Shown: in pieces, positions 59,395-64,000 of the stretch
Layout: each line of letters opens with the position of its first letter
Numbering within the stretch: position 1 is the first letter of the stretch
NCBI GenBank assembly: GCA_963745025.1
Contig: CAVUWD010000011.1
Coordinates: forward strand, 384,001-448,000
Direction: 5' to 3'
Source of the DNA: an uncultured delta proteobacterium
Lineage (GTDB): Bacteria > Desulfobacterota > Binatia > JACPRU01
DNA: 64,000 nucleotides
Notes under the pieces: generated by a model
What the model was told of the DNA's origin: nothing
Database searches by the model: none
What the model saw: only the letters and a program-made list of their open reading frames with translations
Translations under genes and position numbers: made by a program

Positions 59395-60627
59395 TCAACG
59401 CGCAAGCAGGGCGAACTGGTTGACGGTGAAAAATTCGTTCCGTACCCGAGCGTCCACGACGACGCGGTTCATAGTCGTGACCGCGGCATCGCCGGTCACG
59501 TGATTGATGACCGTTTGTCCGATCCACAGCGGCGCGCGGACGCGTTCGTTGCCGGGGCTAAACGCCGGATTTCCGTAGAGCGTGAAGATCGTCTTGGTGT
59601 GCTTTCCCTGCCGGTCGTACGCGAAGACGTACAGGGCCACGCCCGTCTGCTCGTCGATGAAGAGCACACGCTTCGCGTACGGGTGATTCGGATCTTTGGG
59701 GGTGCCTTCGAGCAAGAGCATCGTGCGCAGTTCCCAAGGGTCGGCCGGATAGCCGCGGCGCGGCTCGAAGGTCGCTTTCGCAGCTCTCACTGCGACCGGC
59801 GCCAGCAGCGTGGCGCGCCCGAGGAAGCGCCAGTCGTACTCGTGCAGGTACCCCCAGAAGCCGTAGAAGTCCTCGTTCAAGAGCTCGCTCGACATCATCC
59901 GCTCTCGCGGGTCGACGTTGACCTGACGGACCTTCCGCATCTCCGGTATCCAGGCGAAATTCAGATCGCTGGTGCGATCGTCGTCGTAGCGTAACTTGAG
60001 CCTCATCTGGTTCTTCACGTCTTCCGGTGCGAGAACTTGATAAAACTCCTTGAAGAGGACCCCGTCGCCCTCCCAGAGGTTGGCCTTCGCGTCGAGCCGA
60101 TGCATGCCGTACCCCAGGGCATAGTAGAACTCCATATCGCGCACCATGTGCCCGGTTCCGTCGAGGATTTGAAACACTCCCCACGCCTGGGCGGAGTCGA
60201 TCGACTCGTGGCACCGATAATTCCACGCGAGCTTGAGGCCGGCTTGAGGGTCCGCCGGATCGATTTGCGGAAACGGACGACCGGCGACGTAGCCTTCGAG
60301 GCTTCCATCCGGGCGAAGGCGGGGCTGCCCGGCATTTCGTCGCGTCGCCTCGACATAGGCGGGGCTCGGGGGCAAGTCGGTGGTCCGCTGCGTGCGAATC
60401 TCAAGCTCTCCGCTCTTGACCTTTTCGACGAGCTCGGCGGGGAGAAGGCCTTCCGCGCGTTGCCAATTCCCCCGGGAAAGCACGGCGGGCATTTCCGCTT
60501 CGGCGGGGTCCTTGGACGGGGCTATCGACCGTTCGATGTCGCCCGTGGCATCTAAACTGTCCGCCAGGCTACTCACGCTTGCGGTTAGCATTGTTGCGAA
60601 CACGATCGGCACGATGAAGATTCGCAT
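59395..60627 (-). CDS. DUF1329 domain exported protein
   Basis: Signal peptide; GRPFP.IDP.DPQAG.KLAWN; W.P..RKVR; HPYAKRVLFID. Confidence 0.85.
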   Translation of the reverse strand: MRIFIVPIVFATMLTASVSSLADSLDATGDIERSIAPSKDPAEAEMPAVLSRGNWQRAEGLLPAELVEKVKSGELEIRTQRTTDLPPSPAYVEATRRNAGQPRLRPDGSLEGYVAGRPFPQIDPADPQAGLKLAWNYRCHESIDSAQAWGVFQILDGTGHMVRDMEFYYALGYGMHRLDAKANLWEGDGVLFKEFYQVLAPEDVKNQMRLKLRYDDDRTSDLNFAWIPEMRKVRQVNVDPRERMMSSELLNEDFYGFWGYLHEYDWRFLGRATLLAPVAVRAAKATFEPRRGYPADPWELRTMLLLEGTPKDPNHPYAKRVLFIDEQTGVALYVFAYDRQGKHTKTIFTLYGNPAFSPGNERVRAPLWIGQTVINHVTGDAAVTTMNRVVVDARVRNEFFTVNQFALLAR

Positions 60628-60655
60628 GGGTATCCTCCGTCCTACCTTATAATCG

Positions 60656-60670
60656 GCATCTTCCGTGCCT
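60656..60670 (-). promoter_or_regulatory. Putative sigma-54 promoter for the DUF1329 gene
   Basis: Minus strand AGGCACGGAAGATGC (GG-N10-GC), 28 bp before the ATG. Confidence 0.4.
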
Positions 60671-60973
60671 GACAGCTAGGGTCGTAGAATCTCAATTTCC
60701 CGTCGCTACGGCATGCCCGCAGGAGCCCAGGTGCCGCCAAAAGGTGCGATTGGCCCGAATCGAGTCAACCGCCGAATAGGCTGAAACGTAGTTTTGGCGC
60801 GAATCTTGTCCACTTGGTCGAGAAGCCGGACCGCGACGCGGTCGTCGAAGATCGCCGGCCTCGGCAACCCGGGGAACGAGTGCTAGGGCATAGCGCCCCT
60901 TGCCATCGGTGGACGAGGGGCCACGCGCCCTTCGCGAGCACGCTCGAGTTTGCCTTACCCATCGGCCGTAGGT

Positions 60974-63013
60974 TCACGCGTTGCCCCGGCCGTAGAGCCG
61001 CAGGACGAAGCCCCCCCGCTTGCGGAGCTCGTCTGGCGTTCCCGCTGCCGAGAGCGCCTCGACGATCTCGCCGATCGACATGTACGCCTTGACCGCCTCG
61101 CGAGTCGGACCGACGATGTTGTCGCGGGCGCGATAGGCGTCGACCAGCCGCCGCCGGGCCGCCTCGACGGCACGGGGGTCGCGCTCGCGCTTCACTCTTT
61201 CCAGACGCGCGATTTGCTTCGAGCGCCAGGCGGGGTCGGGCTTGAGGGCTTCGGCGCGTTCGGCCCGGCCGAGTTCCTCGTCCCCCTCGGTGACGAAGGC
61301 ATTCACGCCGATCACGGTCCGGCGGCCGCTGTCGATCTCGAGCTGACGGCAGTAGGCCGCTCGGTGCGTTTCGTCCGACATCCATCGCCACGACTGCTCG
61401 CCTTCCATCGACTCGAGATGGGCAAGGATCGCTTGCGCCCGGCGCTCGAGCTCGTTGGTCAATGCCTCGATGCAGTAGGAGCCCCCGAAAGGATCGACGA
61501 CGCGCGTGATGCCGCACTCAAGGGCGATCACCTGCTGGGTCCGGATCGCGAGGGTCTGGCTGAAGGGCGTGGGGATCGCGAGCGCCTCGTCGAAGGCGTT
61601 GACGGAAAGCGACTGCGCGCCTCCCGCCACGGCGGCCAACGCGTGGAGGGTCGCCCGAACCAGGTTGACGAGCGGCTGTTGCTCGGTGAGACTCACCCCG
61701 GAAGTCTGCACGTGGAAGCGGAGCCAGCACGATCGGTCGTCTTTCGCACCAAACCGCTCGCGCAGCATCCGGGCCCACGTCCGCCGCATGGCGCGGAACT
61801 TCGCGAGTTCCTCTAGGAAGTCGCTCTCGGCGTTCAGGAAGAACGAGAGGCGCGGCGCGAAGGCGTCGATCGCGACGCCGCGCGAAAGCGCCGCCTGGAT
61901 CGTGTACACGCCTTGAAAGAGGCCGAACGCGATCTCCTGCGCCGCCGAGATGCCCGACTCGCGCGTGTTCCTGACCGAGATGCTCGTGTGGTTCCAGCGC
62001 GGCAGCTCGCGGGCGCAAAATTCGATGATGTCGACGTAGTGATTGCCGCGGAGATCGGGAGGGTCGCCCCACGGAAGCACGTAGTTCTGGATCGTGCCGG
62101 AGAGGCGCTCAAGAGGAATCCCCCGTTCCTCGGCCAACGCGACGATCATGCAGAGGACTGGAATCGAGTTGCCGGTCTGGTTGATGCTGATCTTCTCCAG
62201 ATCGATGCCGTCGAAGACCGTTTCGATGTCGGCAAGGGTGTCGATCCAGACCCCGCCGACGCCGATCAGCCCCTCCGACCGCGGATCCGACGACTCGAAG
62301 GGCGCGTATCCCATTCCGGTCAGGCTGACGCCGGTCTGGCCCTGCTCGATCAGGTAGCGTAGGCGCTCGTTCGTCTCCTCCGCGGTGCCGACCCCCATCA
62401 CTTGGCGGACCGTCCACTTTCGCGTGCGGTAGCCGAGTTCCGAGACGCCGCGCGTGAACGGGTAGTGCCCCGGAAGGCCGAGATCACGATCGGGATCGAA
62501 GCCTGCGAGATCGTGCTGCGTGTAGACGGGCTGCAGTTGAATTCCCGACGTGGTCGTCGGTTCTTCCGTTACGGCGCGTCCGCGGTCAGCCTGTCCGCCA
62601 TTCTCGGCGGCCTGCCCGATTCCGAGATCCTTGCGCAGAAAGTCCGTGATCTCGGAGAGCTTCGAGCCCGGCCCGAAGACCGCCCGGACGCCGCGCTCAA
62701 CGAGCCTCTCTCGGATCTCTCTCCGGACGATGCCCCCCATGACCACAGGCACGTCGCCGAGGCCTCGCCTCGACAGCTCACCGAGCAGGCTCTCACCGAG
62801 GACCGCGGCATCCCGATCCATTACCCGGTAGCCGATGGCATCGACGCCCTCCTGCAACGCCGCCTCCGCCACATGAGCGGGCTCGGCATAGCCGATCGAA
62901 ACCACCTCGAAGCCGCCGTCCCGGAGACCGGCGAGTACCGCTTGATAGCCCGCGGTGTGGCCGGAGGTATCGCTGGCGAAGAGCACCTTGCGCGGCATGA
63001 GCGCAGCCTCCAT
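60974..63013 (-). CDS. B12-dependent acyl-CoA mutase family protein, N-terminal cobalamin-binding domain + C-terminal TIM barrel
   Basis: SGHTAG..L..GGFEV, VVMGGI, VFGPGS (B12 domain); PG.YPFTRG, GTAEETN.R, LSGTIQN, LRFHVQTSG, AFDEAL, VDPFGGSY. Confidence 0.88.
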   Translation of the reverse strand: MEAALMPRKVLFASDTSGHTAGYQAVLAGLRDGGFEVVSIGYAEPAHVAEAALQEGVDAIGYRVMDRDAAVLGESLLGELSRRGLGDVPVVMGGIVRREIRERLVERGVRAVFGPGSKLSEITDFLRKDLGIGQAAENGGQADRGRAVTEEPTTTSGIQLQPVYTQHDLAGFDPDRDLGLPGHYPFTRGVSELGYRTRKWTVRQVMGVGTAEETNERLRYLIEQGQTGVSLTGMGYAPFESSDPRSEGLIGVGGVWIDTLADIETVFDGIDLEKISINQTGNSIPVLCMIVALAEERGIPLERLSGTIQNYVLPWGDPPDLRGNHYVDIIEFCARELPRWNHTSISVRNTRESGISAAQEIAFGLFQGVYTIQAALSRGVAIDAFAPRLSFFLNAESDFLEELAKFRAMRRTWARMLRERFGAKDDRSCWLRFHVQTSGVSLTEQQPLVNLVRATLHALAAVAGGAQSLSVNAFDEALAIPTPFSQTLAIRTQQVIALECGITRVVDPFGGSYCIEALTNELERRAQAILAHLESMEGEQSWRWMSDETHRAAYCRQLEIDSGRRTVIGVNAFVTEGDEELGRAERAEALKPDPAWRSKQIARLERVKRERDPRAVEAARRRLVDAYRARDNIVGPTREAVKAYMSIGEIVEALSAAGTPDELRKRGGFVLRLYGRGNA

Positions 63014-63999
63014 CACACTCGCTCCAGGAGAGTTCCCGTACCAAGCCCGCCACCGCAGCACATGGTCACCAAGGCCCTTCGCCCACCCGACCGCAAGAGC
63101 TCCTGCACCGCCTTCGTCGTGAGCACGCAACCGGTTGCTCCGAGCGGATGACCGAGGGCGATCGCGCCGCCATTCGGATTCACCCGCGCGAGATCGGCAT
63201 CGACAACGCGCGCCCAGGATAGGACCACCGAGGCGAATGCTTCGTTGATCTCGAACACGTCGACGTCGCGAATTCCGAGGCGGTTGCGCTCGAGGAGCTT
63301 TCGAGTCGCCGGGATCGGTCCCTCCAACATGAGCACCGGGTCGCAGCCCACGAGGCAGGTGTCGACCACCCGCGCGATCGGCCGGCAACCGAGCTGCGTT
63401 GCCTTCTCCCCGGTCATCAGCAGCACCGCGGCGGCTCCGTCCGCGATCTGCGACGAGGACCCCGCCGTGTGAATGCCGTCCTCGCGCGCCACGGGCTTCA
63501 AGGCCGCCAGCGCCTCGAGGCTCGTCTCGCGGGGCACCTCGTCGCGAGCGACGATCCTCGTCTCTCCGGTCCGCTCTCCGTTCGCGTCGGTGACCGGCAA
63601 TACGACGGGAATGATCTGTTTCTCGAAGCGCTTCTCGGCGACCGCGCGCGCGGCCCGGAGCTGCGACTCGAGGCCGAGTCGGTCGGTGTCTTCGCGCCGG
63701 ATGCCGTACTTGACGGCCATCCGCTCGGCGCCTTCGAACTGGCTGGTGAACTCGAATCGCTCCCAATATCTGCGGTCGATCGGCTTGCCGAATCCCGCCT
63801 TCGCGCCCGCGATCGCATCGCCGCCGATCGACACCAGGCTCATGTTCTCGACGCCGCAGGCGAGCACGACGTCCTCGGCGCCCGAGGCGAGCAGGCTGGC
63901 TGCCAGATTCACTGCGTGCTGGCTCGACCCGCATTGGGAATCCACGGTCGAGCAAGCGACCTCTACGGGGCCGCCGGCCGAGAGCCACGCGGTGCGGGT
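63013..63999 (-). CDS. Thiolase (acetyl-CoA C-acyltransferase, FadA5-like), 5'-truncated by window edge
   Basis: QCGSSQ, NEAF, GGAIALGHPLGATG, MCCGGGLG; TGATG overlap with the mutase. Confidence 0.95.
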   Translation of the reverse strand, partial: TRTAWLSAGGPVEVACSTVDSQCGSSQHAVNLAASLLASGAEDVVLACGVENMSLVSIGGDAIAGAKAGFGKPIDRRYWERFEFTSQFEGAERMAVKYGIRREDTDRLGLESQLRAARAVAEKRFEKQIIPVVLPVTDANGERTGETRIVARDEVPRETSLEALAALKPVAREDGIHTAGSSSQIADGAAAVLLMTGEKATQLGCRPIARVVDTCLVGCDPVLMLEGPIPATRKLLERNRLGIRDVDVFEINEAFASVVLSWARVVDADLARVNPNGGAIALGHPLGATGCVLTTKAVQELLRSGGRRALVTMCCGGGLGTGTLLERV

Positions 64000-64000
64000 G

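Noticed and set aside
60793-60810. Plus-strand TGGCGCGAATCTTGT sigma-54-like motif
   Set aside because: Lacks the conserved GC at -12 and points into the 3' end of an opposite-strand gene
63014-63988. N-terminal 325 aa of the 1004-aa ORF as part of the mutase
   Set aside because: Out-of-frame read-through of the thiolase gene; the mutase starts at 63013 (or 62998)

Overview
High-GC bacterial DNA. The gene repertoire (CoA transferases, crotonases, a STAND adenylate cyclase, DUF1329, an F420-dependent DDN-family enzyme) resembles deltaproteobacterial/Binatota-type genomes; this is inference. The left ~12 kb is an accessory region: RND pump, MarR with a QueG-like/SCP2 fusion, and a TetR/Baeyer-Villiger monooxygenase pair flanked by direct repeats. 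It contains most of the window's broken genes and a tRNA-Leu 3' fragment (att-like site) at 10156. The centre (21.8-37.2 kb) holds a complete quinohemoprotein amine dehydrogenase cluster (qhpADCBFE + qhpG). Directly upstream and co-oriented is an operon of nitrilase-family amidase, deacetylase and N,N-dimethylformamidase-like alpha+beta subunits, next to a RAYT (HUH) transposase with its own REP/REPIN repeats. The right part has lipoproteins, catabolic enzymes, ccmE(CxxxY)-ccmF-ccmH, pepP, ilvD, hemF, DUF1329 and a thiolase coupled to a domain-permuted, active-site-divergent B12 acyl-CoA mutase. Three unrelated non-coding repeat families occur: the RAYT-linked GGGGACGTTCTT REPs, a ~240-bp three-hairpin element whose loops are inverted between copies, and a ~70-bp CTAG-bounded element that overlaps TAG stop codons. 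No CRISPR array, rRNA or intact tRNA was seen. Family assignments come from motif recognition, not database searches.
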